The translations under genes and the position numbers were made by a program. A stretch of 64,000 nucleotides of DNA from Kiritimatiellota bacterium (GTDB lineage Bacteria > Verrucomicrobiota > Lentisphaeria > Oligosphaerales > JAADHN01), in assembly GCA_013151865.1 (NCBI GenBank), contig JAADHN010000166.1:2792-66791 (forward strand), given 5' to 3'. Below the pieces are notes generated by a model that was not told where the DNA came from, made no database searches, and was given only the letters and a program-made list of their open reading frames with translations. Below, in pieces: positions 53,915 to 63,814 of this stretch; the stretch's first letter is position 1; the number at the start of each line of letters is the position of its first letter.

Positions 53915-54856
53915 TCACGCCGTCCGCGAAGACCCGTCGGCACGCGGACAGACCTCTCGAAAATTACAGCGATTGCAGGTTCGTTCATCCTCGCTGAACG
54001 GAAAATCTTCCTCTCGAGCCGCGTTCTTCGGCACGTCCGTCAGCTTCTCCCGCATCCGGGCCGCGCTGTCGAGGATGGTTTCTTTGGCCCGGACCAGGAC
54101 TTCGGGCGTGACGCAGTGTTCCCGAACGCGTCCCCCATCACGCAGATACACACCGGCGGTCCGCAGGTTTTCGACAGGCGTGTACCACTTCTCCTGAGCG
54201 AAATACGCGTAACAGGCCAGTTGCAGCTCCAGTTCTTGAGTATTCTCGCCCCCGGTTTTCCAGTCGAGGATCCGGAGCACCCCACCGGGGTCGGTGTAGG
54301 CGAAATCAATGGCGCACCAGACCTTGAGACCCTCGAGCGCAAACGAATCGAGCTGGTCCACCGGACGCCAGCTCATGTAGGGCACGGCCAGGACCGCCCG
54401 CAGGACGTCGGAGTCCGCAAAAGCCGCCAGACACGAATACACCCGCTCCCGAATGCGTTCGGTCCGTTCCCGGGGCAGCGTTTTGCCGTTCCCATAGTAC
54501 AAATCGTAAAGATTGGTTTTTTTCGGCGACTGCCGCCACACGCCGTTTACCGCCTCGACCCAGCCCTGTCGCAGTTTAGCCCGGGCCCGGGCCTGCAGCT
54601 CGCCGGCACGGATGGGCGCCCGGAGCCGGGCGTAACGCCGCAGGACCTCCGCAATGGTGTCGTGGACAATTCCGCCGGCCCACATCTCCAGCGTTTGCAG
54701 GTTCTTCAGAATGTATATCTTGCGCGTCCGTCCCGGGGCGCTCCGGTCCCAGCCGCCCCAGGAACCGTAATAGTTGTAGTAATAGGCGCGCGGACAAGAC
54801 CGAAACAGCCGGTCGCGGGACACGGACCAACTGAATTCATTCTTCAATTCAGCCAT
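53915..54856 (-). CDS. PD-(D/E)XK nuclease family protein with Cas4/AddB-type cysteine set
   Basis: N-terminal Cys (LFRSCPRAYYY) plus a C-terminal CNRCNFREVC cluster, the four-Cys arrangement of iron-sulfur RecB-like nuclease domains. Central ..IDFAY..LDWKTG.. resembles the D...(D/E)xK core. Confidence 0.65.
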   Translation of the reverse strand: MAELKNEFSWSVSRDRLFRSCPRAYYYNYYGSWGGWDRSAPGRTRKIYILKNLQTLEMWAGGIVHDTIAEVLRRYARLRAPIRAGELQARARAKLRQGWVEAVNGVWRQSPKKTNLYDLYYGNGKTLPRERTERIRERVYSCLAAFADSDVLRAVLAVPYMSWRPVDQLDSFALEGLKVWCAIDFAYTDPGGVLRILDWKTGGENTQELELQLACYAYFAQEKWYTPVENLRTAGVYLRDGGRVREHCVTPEVLVRAKETILDSAARMREKLTDVPKNAAREEDFPFSEDERTCNRCNFREVCPRADGSSRTA

Positions 54857-55354
54857 TCATTGCGCTCCTTTTGCCCGGGTTCGACGGTCTTGGAAAAACT
54901 CACGCAGCAATGCGGCGCACGGGTCGGCCAAAACGCCGCCCAGCACCTGAACACGATGCAGCAGCCCGGGAAAATCGGTCAACGTCAACACGCCGCCGGC
55001 CGCTCCGGCGCGCAGGTCGGGACAGCCGAAGACCAGCCGGCTCAAGCGGCAGTTCACCATGGCCCCGGCGCACATGGGGCACGGCTCCTTGGTCACGTAC
55101 AGCGTAACGCCGGCCAAGCGCCAGTCGCCCACGCCCGCCGCAGCCTGCGTCAACGCGATCATCTCGGCGTGGGCTGTGCCGTCTTTAAGTAGCTCGACCT
55201 GGTTGTGGGCCCGGGCCACCACACGTCCCTCGAACACGGCCACGGCCCCCACCGGCACTTCGCCGGCTTCGGCGGCACGGCGGGCTTCGCGGAGCGCCAA
55301 CGCCATCAATTGTTCGTCCGTTCGCGCGTCCACAGTACCGGGCGCCTTTCCCAT
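54857..55354 (-). CDS. tadA: tRNA adenosine(34) deaminase
   Basis: GEVPVGAV.., HAEMIAL (HAE zinc/catalytic motif), PCPMCAGA (PCxxC). Confidence 0.9.
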   Translation of the reverse strand: MGKAPGTVDARTDEQLMALALREARRAAEAGEVPVGAVAVFEGRVVARAHNQVELLKDGTAHAEMIALTQAAAGVGDWRLAGVTLYVTKEPCPMCAGAMVNCRLSRLVFGCPDLRAGAAGGVLTLTDFPGLLHRVQVLGGVLADPCAALLREFFQDRRTRAKGAQ

Positions 55355-55771
55355 GATCGTCGTCCCTAGGGTCCGCCGATGCTCGACCCGGAGGAACGCC
55401 CCCGGGACGCGTGTAGTCTGACGTACCTGCGCCGGTTTTCAACCTCGAGCCGTTCCGAATCGTTTCCTGCGGCCGGGGATCCCTCGCCGCGCCGGCGCGA
55501 AACAATCCGCAGAACAGCGACGGACAGACGGCGGCACGACGGCCGGCCATGATTTCGTGCCGGTCCGGGGTTGAAATCCCGGTCGGAAACACCATCGTTA
55601 TTGATCGCAGCGCGACCCTGTCGAGCACAGATAAACCCGCGGACAGGCCACGTCGATCAGACAACCCCGAAACGAACGACGCACGAGTTCGGCCGACTTG
55701 CCTCCAAGCCGAACTCGACGCCCCACGATGGCGGTCGTGCCGGTCCGGAACCTTTTTCTGGGGAAACCACC

Positions 55772-56548
55772 GTGCGTTTCAGGCCTTGCATCGACCTTCA
55801 CGAAGGACACGTCAAGCAGATCGTGGGCGCCACCCTCACGGAGCGCCCGGGCCCGGGGCCACGAACGAATTTCGTGTCGGACCGCCCCCCGGCCTGGTTC
55901 GCTCGGCAGTATTGCCGGGACGGACTCGACGGAGGCCATGTCATTCTGTTGGGGCCGGGGAACGAAACGGCGGCCGAGGAGGCCTTGGCTGCTTTCCCCG
56001 GCGGCCTGCAACTCGGCGGCGGCGTCACCGCGGAAAATGCCAGCCTCTGGCTGGACAAAGGGGCCGCCAAAGTCATTGTCACATCCTGGGTATTCCAGGA
56101 AGGACGGATTCAGTGGGACCGGCTTTGCGAACTCCGCAAACGCATCGGTCGCGATCGGCTCGTTCTCGATCTGAGTTGCCGACAACGAGACGGGACCTAT
56201 TATGTCGTGACCGACCGCTGGCAACGATTCGTGGACGTGGCGCTCGGCGCTCCCGCCTTCAAATCGCTGGCCGAGTTCTGCAGCGAATTCCTGGTCCATG
56301 CGGTGGACCGCGAAGGTCTCCGGGCCGGACCGGACCCCCAGTTGATGCGACTCCTGGCCGAAGCCTCCCCCCTGCCCACAACCTACGCAGGCGGCATCCG
56401 GTCCTGGGAGGACATCGACCTGCTCGCGAAAATCGGACGAGACCGGCTGGACTTTACAGTGGGAAGCGCCCTCGACATTTTCGGCGGGGACGGGTTACGC
56501 TACGGTGACCTGGTTGCGTTCAACCGAGGCGAAAAAAACGCCGGTTGA
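55772..56548 (+). CDS. hisA: phosphoribosylformimino-5-aminoimidazole carboxamide ribotide isomerase, eukaryotic His6-type
   Basis: From GTG 55772: VRFRPCIDLHEGHVKQIVGATLT..TNFVS..VILLGPGNE..LQLGGGV..KVIVTSWVF..LVLDLSCR..WQ..EFLVHAVDREGL..YAGG..LDFTVGSALDIFGG. This closely parallels yeast His6-type HisA as I recall it. Confidence 0.85.
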   Translation: MRFRPCIDLHEGHVKQIVGATLTERPGPGPRTNFVSDRPPAWFARQYCRDGLDGGHVILLGPGNETAAEEALAAFPGGLQLGGGVTAENASLWLDKGAAKVIVTSWVFQEGRIQWDRLCELRKRIGRDRLVLDLSCRQRDGTYYVVTDRWQRFVDVALGAPAFKSLAEFCSEFLVHAVDREGLRAGPDPQLMRLLAEASPLPTTYAGGIRSWEDIDLLAKIGRDRLDFTVGSALDIFGGDGLRYGDLVAFNRGEKNAG

Positions 56549-56833
56549 TGGACGAGCGGAGCAAAGAACTGATCCCCGAGTGGTGGCGCGGGGGGCACTG
56601 CCGGTGTACGCTTTGCCGGGAACGCGCGCCCGCCCCCCCGTCCGGCGGCATCCGGTATCGGTCGCTTCAGCGACTTGATCCCGCGAGTGTTTCATGCTCG
56701 GGGCTCGCGGTCTCTGTTCGCGCTCAGTCTCGTTGTTCGGGCCGGGCTTGCGCACAGCCACGACCCCGTTGGGACGCCGCCCGTTTTTTGACAGCATGAC
56801 CGATCCGCTGCAATAGACAGGAAACAGGACGCC

Positions 56834-57496
56834 GTGAAGTCCTCAGATCAGACCTCATCCGCTCCCGGCGGACTGTTCGTCACGTTCGAAGGTCCGGAAG
56901 GCGCCGGGAAAAGCACTCAGGTTCGGATGCTGGCCGAGGCGCTCGGGGCCCGCGGCCTCAAGACCTGCGTCACCCGCGAGCCAGGCGGCACCCCGCTCGG
57001 AGAAGCCCTGCGGAATCTCATTCAGCATCCGACGGCGCCGTGCAGTGTGTGTCCGGAAGCGGAATTGCTCCTGTTCGGAGCCAGTCGGGCGCAACTGGTC
57101 CGCTCGGTCATTCGCCCGGCCGTGGGGCGGGGCGAGATTGTCATCTGCGACCGATTCGCCGACTCCACCACCGTGTACCAGGGGGCAGCCCGCGGACTGC
57201 CGGCGGAGTTTGTCCGGCAAATGCACGCGCTTACGGTGGGCGATTGCTGGCCGAACCTTACGTTTCTTTTGGATATTCCGGTGCAGTGCGGCTTCGCCAG
57301 AAAGGCCGCAGGACCGAGAATCAGGAAACTCGACCGAATCGAGCTCGAGTCGGAAGAATTCCACCAGCGGGTACGCCGAGGCTTCCTCGCCCTCGCCCGC
57401 CGGGAAACGAAACGGATCAGGGTCATCGACGGCACGCGTCCCCCGTCGGCGATCCACTTGGAAATCCTGGAGATCGTGCATCGTGCCATTGGCTGA
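56834..57496 (+). CDS. tmk: thymidylate kinase
   Basis: GTG start. GLFVTFEGPEGAGKSTQ (P-loop), TREPGGTPLGE, DRFADSTTVYQG. Confidence 0.9.
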   Translation: MKSSDQTSSAPGGLFVTFEGPEGAGKSTQVRMLAEALGARGLKTCVTREPGGTPLGEALRNLIQHPTAPCSVCPEAELLLFGASRAQLVRSVIRPAVGRGEIVICDRFADSTTVYQGAARGLPAEFVRQMHALTVGDCWPNLTFLLDIPVQCGFARKAAGPRIRKLDRIELESEEFHQRVRRGFLALARRETKRIRVIDGTRPPSAIHLEILEIVHRAIG

Positions 57497-58577
57497 GTTC
57501 AGTGACCGCTTCCCCCATGCCGTCCGCGGTCTGCTCCGGGCGCGGCAGCGGCAGCGCTTGGCGCACGCCTACCTCTTTGCCGGCGACTCCCCCGAAATCC
57601 TCGAACAATTCGCCACGGCTTGGCTGCAGGTCTGTGCCTGCCAGACCCCAACCGACAGCGGGGATGCCTGCGATGCGTGCACTGCCTGCCGGCAGGTCGC
57701 CGACGGGTGCTATCCGGGCTTGGTCTGCGTTCGACCCGTGAGCCGATCGAGAATGATCGTTCTGGCCCAAATTCGCCCGGCGCCGCACGACAAACAGACC
57801 GCCCTTTCTCAACGCCTTTATCCGCCCGACCAGAGCCTCATTTATCGGCTCAACCTGTCCATTTCTCCGGGAACCATGCGGCTGGCCCTGGTCCAGGACG
57901 CCGATCGGATGACGCCCGAGTCGGAGAATTCGTTTCTCAAAACCCTGGAAGAACCGCTTCCTCGTACCGTCATTGTCCTGACCTCCACGCAACCAAAACT
58001 GCTGCTGCCCACCATTCGCTCGCGATGCCAAATCGTTACCTTGCTCTGCAACCGGCGCACATATGATTTCCCGGTCGAATGCGGCCTGTTCCCGCTCCTC
58101 GGACGCCTGCGCCCGGGAACGGGCGCAAGCGTGGCCCTGGACGTTTCGGGACGAATTCGAGAACTGTTCGCGCAACTCCGTGCCCGTGCCGAGGAACGGA
58201 TCGGCGGCCTGGACGATGACCGATGGAATGTCGTTGCAGCGGGGAATGCCGAACTCAAAAAACATTTGGAAGAAGAACGTAAGACTCGCCTCGAAGCCGA
58301 GTACGTCCGGCTGCGCACTGTCTTGCTCGACGCCGTGGAGACGTGGTTTCAGCAACTGTCGGCACTGGTTGCCGGCATCCCGGTAACCGAACTGCCGCAT
58401 CCCGAAATCATCGAAAACGCCGGCGTTACGGCCGACGAACTCACAGCCATCCCCTGGGATCAAGTCGAAAAATGTTGTCGACTGGTCGCCGAGTTGCTGC
58501 GCGACTTGCGGTCCAATGTCCACGAAGGACTGGCGCTGCAGGCGTTCTGTCTGTCGGTATGCGAGAAGGCCCTGTAG
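57483..58577 (+). CDS. holB: DNA polymerase III subunit delta'
   Basis: GTG 57483 overlaps the tmk end, the usual tmk-holB order. ..RLAHAYLFAGDSPEILEQFA.., zinc-module-like CDACTACRQV, ..NSFLKTLEEP.., ..TIRSRCQ.. (SRC motif). Confidence 0.8.
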   Translation: MPLAEFSDRFPHAVRGLLRARQRQRLAHAYLFAGDSPEILEQFATAWLQVCACQTPTDSGDACDACTACRQVADGCYPGLVCVRPVSRSRMIVLAQIRPAPHDKQTALSQRLYPPDQSLIYRLNLSISPGTMRLALVQDADRMTPESENSFLKTLEEPLPRTVIVLTSTQPKLLLPTIRSRCQIVTLLCNRRTYDFPVECGLFPLLGRLRPGTGASVALDVSGRIRELFAQLRARAEERIGGLDDDRWNVVAAGNAELKKHLEEERKTRLEAEYVRLRTVLLDAVETWFQQLSALVAGIPVTELPHPEIIENAGVTADELTAIPWDQVEKCCRLVAELLRDLRSNVHEGLALQAFCLSVCEKAL

Positions 58578-58841
58578 ACGTTCCGGTTCAACGAAAAACG
58601 ACCATCTCAGCCTGATTTATAGGCGGGTGATTGACAGGTTATTGACAAATCGTGACCAAGCGCACGGTTCGCCGGCAAATATCGTATCTTCTTTGTTTAT
58701 AGTACATTATGTGTTTACATCGTGTTAGCATAATATGAGGCGACCGCTTGGGGTGTCGGCGGGGCCGCAGTTATTGACAACAGCGGAAAAACCTGGGAAC
58801 CGATGGGTTCGTCGGACAGCATGGAACTGGGAGAAAAGGTG

Positions 58842-61034
58842 ATGCGTATCTCGAAACTGACCCGACTATTGACAATGGCAGGCGGCATGACGATCCTGGC
58901 CGGACAAGCGGTCCCAGGGCCTGAACGACCCCGGACGGCGGGTCCGGACACGGTGGCGCTCGTGGCGGGGCTCGGGCCCGTTCTTATGGTGACGGCGCCG
59001 GACACGGCCGCCCTGCTCGAGGCCCTGCGGGGATCCGAGCCGGGACGACAGCTCGGCGCCGGAGCGCTTCCGGCTTCGGGCGCCAAGTTTTTTTCGGCCG
59101 CTTTCGATTTCGGGGCGCAGTACCTGGCGGGAGTGACCGGGGCGGAGCTTGCGGCCATGCTGCCGAAGGAATACACCTTTGCGGTGCTTCCGCTGCCGGA
59201 GGATGCGGGAGACCTCGAGGTCCCCGACCGCCTGGTGGTGGGGCGTCTCCCCGACACCCGTCTCCCGAAGTTGTGGCGGAAACGATTGTTCCCCGCACTC
59301 CGTGCCCTGGACAAGAACGGACAGTGGTCGGAGAAAAGCGTGGGAGACACTCCTGTCTACCAGATGCAGAAACCCGGCGAAGCCCCGACGTGGCTGGCCT
59401 TTGCGGATGGCCTGTTGGTGTCCGGCACGCCCGGCGGTGTGCGGCGTATCCTGGCGGAGACCGATGCTCGAGCGTCCGCACCGACGGTCCGCACCGACTT
59501 CGATCGTCTGGGGAAAGACCGGCTGGCGGCGGTGTTCTTCGACGCCGGCAGGGCCATCGGCCGGACGCTCGAGCAACTCCCGGCCGACGCCAAGGAAGTC
59601 CGGGACATGCAAATGTTCGGTTCCGACGGTCTGAAGCAGATCGTGGGGACTCTCCTGAAGTCCGACCGACGCTTCGAGGAACGTCTGCTGCTGGACGCCC
59701 GGAGCGACGAGGGTTTCGAGGGGATTCTCGGCTTGCTCCAGCGCACCCCCCCCGCAGCCTTTCGCAGTGCGGACATCGCGCCGGCCGACTCCTTGGTCTA
59801 TGCCGCCCTGGACCTGGGCAGCGGTGAGAACCTGCTCGATGGCATCCGTGAACTCGCGGCACGCCGGCGAGGTGACCAGGGCGGCGCCGCTGTAGCGACT
59901 TTCCTGCAGATGCTCGGAGCGCAATTCGGGATCGACATGGTTCAGGACGTCTTCGGCAACATCGGCGCCGAACTCTTCGTTGCCCTCCGCCCTCGAGTGC
60001 CGGGAGGTCCGCGATGGAAAGGCAGCAAGCGTGAACTCCGAGCCGAGATGACCGGTGTGGCAGGGATTCAGGTCAAGAACGCGGAGGCCGCCCGGCAAAC
60101 CCTGCAGCGCGTGCTGCAGTCCCCGGTTTTTGTGGCGTTCGGGCTCGGCACGACTGAGGAGACCTACAACGGAACCACGATCCACCTGGTAACCGTGTCG
60201 CAGTTCCCGGGGAACAACAAGCGCGGGCCGGTCACTGTCGCCTATGCTTTTGTCGACGATTTCCTGGTGGTGGCCGAAACGGCCCAGATCAAGATCCTGG
60301 TGGACTGTATTGCGGGCGGCAAGGTATTGGGCAAGAGCACCTCGTTCCGCGGCACGGTCGACGGCGACCTGTCCCCTGCCCTGCTCCGCCTGTACCTGGA
60401 CGTGCGTCCAGTGCTGTCCCAACTCGCGCCGCAGTTAGCCAAGAAAATCCCGCCGCCGGCCGCTCCGCTGGTCCCGAACCTGACGGCGGCCCTGCGTGCG
60501 GTCGGCCCGGCCCGCCTGGATGTGCGTCCGTCGCAAGGAGGTCTGGCCCTGCAAGCGAACGTCCCCGTCCCCGTGCTGAGCATCCTCCTGGCCGGGGCCG
60601 CCGCCGATCACGTCGGCAAGCCGCCGGTGGAACGGCGCGTCAAGCTGGCGCGTGAGAGAATGAAAGTCGTGGCCGGGGCCCTGCGCCGCTATTATCGGCG
60701 GAACGGTGAAGCGCCGCCCGATTCTCTGCTCCAACTGGCGCCCGGCATCCTGGAGGAAGTCCCCGGAGATCCGTTCAACGGAGACGAGATGTTCGGTTAC
60801 GGCGTGGCCCCGGGCGGCGCGGGCTGGGTCCTCACCAGTGTCGGTCCCGACGGACGGGCTGACCTGGACGTGGACGCCTACCAGCCAAGCGAATGGCAGA
60901 AGCTGCAGCGAGCCGAGACCCCGGAGGACCGGGAGACGGCCAAGGCCCTGATCTATCGGTTCCGCCCAAAACAGTTTCCCGATGAACGCGCCTTGGACGA
61001 TGAGGGCGACATCGTCCGGATCGGAAGCTGGTAG
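58842..61034 (+). CDS. secreted hypothetical protein with a C-terminal GspG/pseudopilin-like segment
   Basis: MRISKLTRLLTMAGGMTILAGQAVPG (signal-like; an alternative upstream ATG lies at 58803). The C-terminus ..ALRRYYRRNGEAPPDSLLQLAPGILEEVPGDPFNG..GWVLTSVGPDGRAD resembles type II secretion G-like domains. No catalytic motif. Confidence 0.6.
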   Translation: MRISKLTRLLTMAGGMTILAGQAVPGPERPRTAGPDTVALVAGLGPVLMVTAPDTAALLEALRGSEPGRQLGAGALPASGAKFFSAAFDFGAQYLAGVTGAELAAMLPKEYTFAVLPLPEDAGDLEVPDRLVVGRLPDTRLPKLWRKRLFPALRALDKNGQWSEKSVGDTPVYQMQKPGEAPTWLAFADGLLVSGTPGGVRRILAETDARASAPTVRTDFDRLGKDRLAAVFFDAGRAIGRTLEQLPADAKEVRDMQMFGSDGLKQIVGTLLKSDRRFEERLLLDARSDEGFEGILGLLQRTPPAAFRSADIAPADSLVYAALDLGSGENLLDGIRELAARRRGDQGGAAVATFLQMLGAQFGIDMVQDVFGNIGAELFVALRPRVPGGPRWKGSKRELRAEMTGVAGIQVKNAEAARQTLQRVLQSPVFVAFGLGTTEETYNGTTIHLVTVSQFPGNNKRGPVTVAYAFVDDFLVVAETAQIKILVDCIAGGKVLGKSTSFRGTVDGDLSPALLRLYLDVRPVLSQLAPQLAKKIPPPAAPLVPNLTAALRAVGPARLDVRPSQGGLALQANVPVPVLSILLAGAAADHVGKPPVERRVKLARERMKVVAGALRRYYRRNGEAPPDSLLQLAPGILEEVPGDPFNGDEMFGYGVAPGGAGWVLTSVGPDGRADLDVDAYQPSEWQKLQRAETPEDRETAKALIYRFRPKQFPDERALDDEGDIVRIGSW

Positions 61035-61128
61035 GGAAAGGGGCGCCCGAGTTCGATCTGAGCGACGGCAGGGGAATTCAGACGCGAAACCGCCGTTGCA
61101 GGCATGGACGCTCTCCACACGGTCCGCG

Positions 61129-62154
61129 TCAATCGAGCGGCAACTGCACCGGTCGACCCTCGGCGGCGCTGCGGTCCAGGGCAAAGACGATCTCATGGGT
61201 CTTGGCGGCATCGGCGAGATTCACGTGCGATTCCGCGTCGTTCCGAATGCAATCCACCAGATGGTCGATCTCGCCCTGGAACGGGTGATGACTCACGTCC
61301 CCACTGTCCGGCAGGATAGTCGGGATTTCCGCGAACCCCGTCTGACCGGGAAACATCTTCTTGGAGAAGACCCGATTGTTCCGGACCGCACCCTCTTCGC
61401 CGAGCAGATTGATGTTGAACTGGTACGGCATGGTGCATTCGAGACTGGAGCTGACTTTGCCGATCGTGCCGTCGGTAAAGCGCAGGACACCGGTCATGGT
61501 GGGGTCGTACTCATATTCCTGCCACACCTTGGTCGAGTAGGCAAACACCTCGGCAACGTCTTTTCCGGTGAAATAGCGGATGGCATCCACAGCGTGACAA
61601 CCGGCCGACAGCAACGAACTGACCCCGATTTCTTTTCGAATATTCCAGGCATACTGTTTGTACCAGGGGCCGATGCCGTGCCAATAGTCCACCTCGGCAT
61701 AGAAAATGCCACCGATGGCATTCTGGTCCAGGAGCGCGTGGAGGCAATCGAACAACGGGTTCCAACGCAGTACGAAACTGACAACGGTCTTCACGCCGCT
61801 GCGGTCCACCGCCTCGACCATTCGCCGCAAATCCTCCAGGGAAAGTGCGACGGCTTTTTCGATCAGGATGTGTTTGCCGGCTTCGGCGGCGGCAACAGTC
61901 TGGTCCGCATGGAAGTTGGGCGGCGAGCACACGGAAACGATGTCGACACCCGGGTGCGAGATGACTTCCTGCCAGTCATCGCCCGTTTTGGCCTCGACCT
62001 CGTACCGTTCGGCCAGCGCCCGGGCGGAAGTACCTGAACGACTGGCAATCGCGACGACTTCGCAATAAGGCGACGCCATGTAGGCCTTCAGGTGCTCCTC
62101 GGCCACCCAACCGGCCCCGATGATGCCCACACCGAACTTCTCTTTTCCGCTCAT
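61129..62154 (-). CDS. Gfo/Idh/MocA family oxidoreductase
   Basis: GGAGG precedes ATG 62154. MSGKEKFGVGIIGAGWVAEEHLKAY (Rossmann), ILIEKAVALS (EKP-like). Confidence 0.85.
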   Translation of the reverse strand: MSGKEKFGVGIIGAGWVAEEHLKAYMASPYCEVVAIASRSGTSARALAERYEVEAKTGDDWQEVISHPGVDIVSVCSPPNFHADQTVAAAEAGKHILIEKAVALSLEDLRRMVEAVDRSGVKTVVSFVLRWNPLFDCLHALLDQNAIGGIFYAEVDYWHGIGPWYKQYAWNIRKEIGVSSLLSAGCHAVDAIRYFTGKDVAEVFAYSTKVWQEYEYDPTMTGVLRFTDGTIGKVSSSLECTMPYQFNINLLGEEGAVRNNRVFSKKMFPGQTGFAEIPTILPDSGDVSHHPFQGEIDHLVDCIRNDAESHVNLADAAKTHEIVFALDRSAAEGRPVQLPLD

Positions 62155-62274
62155 TCTCTCTGTCCTCCAATCGGCTGTCATTCGCTGGCTGCGCGTTGCG
62201 CGGCCTTGTCGTGGAAATGTCCAGTAAAAAGCCCCTGCCGCAAAACCCGGCGCCCTCGGGAGCGCAGGGGGCGC

Positions 62275-62781
62275 TCACTGCGCGTTGGACGCGTGCCAAG
62301 CCGCCCAGGCCACCACGGCCAGGACAACCAGTACGGCTGCGGCAAGCGCCACGCGCTTCGCCACCTCCTTCCAGTCAACCCCAAATTGAGGGCGCAGCCC
62401 GATTTCCGTTGCCCCGCCGGGCGGCTCCGAATACTGAACATCCGCGCGGTCGATCTCGATAAACCGGGGTGCTTTGACCGGATTGGAAGGCCCCTCGGTC
62501 CGCGGCGGAGTCTCCCGGACCGCAGGCCGAGGCGGCGGTGGTGGCGGCGGCAGCGGCACGGGCACGGAAACATGAAGCGGCTCGGGCGGCGCGCCCGCGG
62601 CGGTGTCCGCCCCCGGGAAAGCGGCCCCCACCACGTCCTGCGCCCGGTACCAGGCCCGGTATTCGTCGCTCGTCACGGGGTCGGCAGGCAGCAACTTCCC
62701 GGAAGCGGCCATCCGCTCCAGATCCTGCCGGTCGAACGGCCCCGTAACCGTCTCGCCCCGCAAAACATACCAGTTCGCCAT
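62275..62781 (-). CDS. GYF_2 (DUF4339)-domain protein with Pro-rich linker and C-terminal TM helix
   Basis: MANWYVLRGETVTGPFDRQDLERMAASGKLLPADPV is the typical GYF_2 opening. Followed by PVPLPPPPPPPRP, then VALAAAVLVVLAVVAWAAW. Confidence 0.6.
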   Translation of the reverse strand: MANWYVLRGETVTGPFDRQDLERMAASGKLLPADPVTSDEYRAWYRAQDVVGAAFPGADTAAGAPPEPLHVSVPVPLPPPPPPPRPAVRETPPRTEGPSNPVKAPRFIEIDRADVQYSEPPGGATEIGLRPQFGVDWKEVAKRVALAAAVLVVLAVVAWAAWHASNAQ

Positions 62782-62947
62782 ATCGGTGCCTCGCCATCCC
62801 CGATCCCGGCCTGCCACGCCCATCCGCAACGGTCGGGAACAAACCCGTCGCGGACCAATCCGAACATACGACCGCACAGAGAAACCAATACCACCGTTTC
62901 CGGGAAAAAACAAGCATGGGAAAAGGCGGCGACGGGCCGGACGAACT

Positions 62948-63814
62948 TCATTTCGGAACCTGCCCTTCGCCGGTCCCGAACGTCAGTTCGTCCCACGGCA
63001 GTCGGCCGACCGAGGCACGATGCGCAAAAAGAACGACGTAATCGGTGTTCTCCGCCATTCGCCGCACGAGTCGCCCCGTCCAGTGCCGGGCCATAAGAGG
63101 CGCATGCAGGCCCCGGCCCCGCAGGACCCACGGTCGCGTCCGGCCCTGGATGCGAACGCCCGTTTCAACCGGCTTCACGGTCACCCGAATTCCCGGATAG
63201 GCGTTGTGGATAAAAGCCGCGACCCAATCCCAGGGCGCCTCCGGCCGACGCCGCGCCAAATGCAAGGCGTTGATGTGCAGACTGCCGACGGGACAATCGT
63301 AGACGAACTGCTTCATTCCGACGCCGAGAGAACGGTGGCGCAACGGCCACTGCCCCGGGACCGCGAACGCCACGTCGAAAAGCCGGACGGGCCAAAGCCC
63401 CTCTTCTCCCCGACCGGCGACCGAGCCGAGAATGCGGCGCACTTCGGACCGCTCGGATGCGCGGGGAGCGGCCTCACCCAGAAAAAAGCGGACAAACGCG
63501 ACACGCTCGGAATCGGCCGACCAAACCACTGCTTCGACAATCCCCTCCCGGGCCTGCGGAATTCGCAGCAGCCGGTGCTCCGGCACACGCCGGGTCCGGG
63601 GCAACCACGAAACAGGCTGCTCGACGATTTCGACCTTCCGCCCCGGACCGGGCAACAGACGCCGCCCCGCCGGCCGCCGCTCGGCGCCGGCCGCCAGCAC
63701 AATTCGAGCCGGACCCGGTCCTCGTCGGCCAGGAAAAAAAGCCCGGCCTGACGGTCGCCGCGCTCCTCGGTCAAACCCCAATCCGGCGGTGGCCGTAGCG
63801 TCCAGCCCTGCCAA
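62948..63814 (-). CDS. hypothetical protein; its N-terminal part appears to continue in another frame (possible frameshift or pseudogene)
   Basis: The well-behaved sequence begins near ..KVEIVEQPVSWLPRTRRVPEHRLLRIP.. and runs to the stop at 62948. The track start is a TTG with a Gly/Arg-rich leader. The adjacent frame (63313-63927) encodes plausible sequence only upstream of ~63690 (FAWQGWTLRPPPDWGLTEERGDRQAGLFFLADEDRVRLELCW). Confidence 0.4.
   Translation of the reverse strand: MAGLDATATAGLGFDRGARRPSGRAFFPGRRGPGPARIVLAAGAERRPAGRRLLPGPGRKVEIVEQPVSWLPRTRRVPEHRLLRIPQAREGIVEAVVWSADSERVAFVRFFLGEAAPRASERSEVRRILGSVAGRGEEGLWPVRLFDVAFAVPGQWPLRHRSLGVGMKQFVYDCPVGSLHINALHLARRRPEAPWDWVAAFIHNAYPGIRVTVKPVETGVRIQGRTRPWVLRGRGLHAPLMARHWTGRLVRRMAENTDYVVLFAHRASVGRLPWDELTFGTGEGQVPK

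Noticed and set aside
55562-55594. Second tRNA-like 3' end (GGTCCGGGGTTGAAATCCCGGTCGGAAACACCA)
   Set aside because: The T-loop reads TTGAAAT (G where the invariant C56 is expected). The acceptor length does not fit before CCA, and there is no upstream complement. Probably chance.
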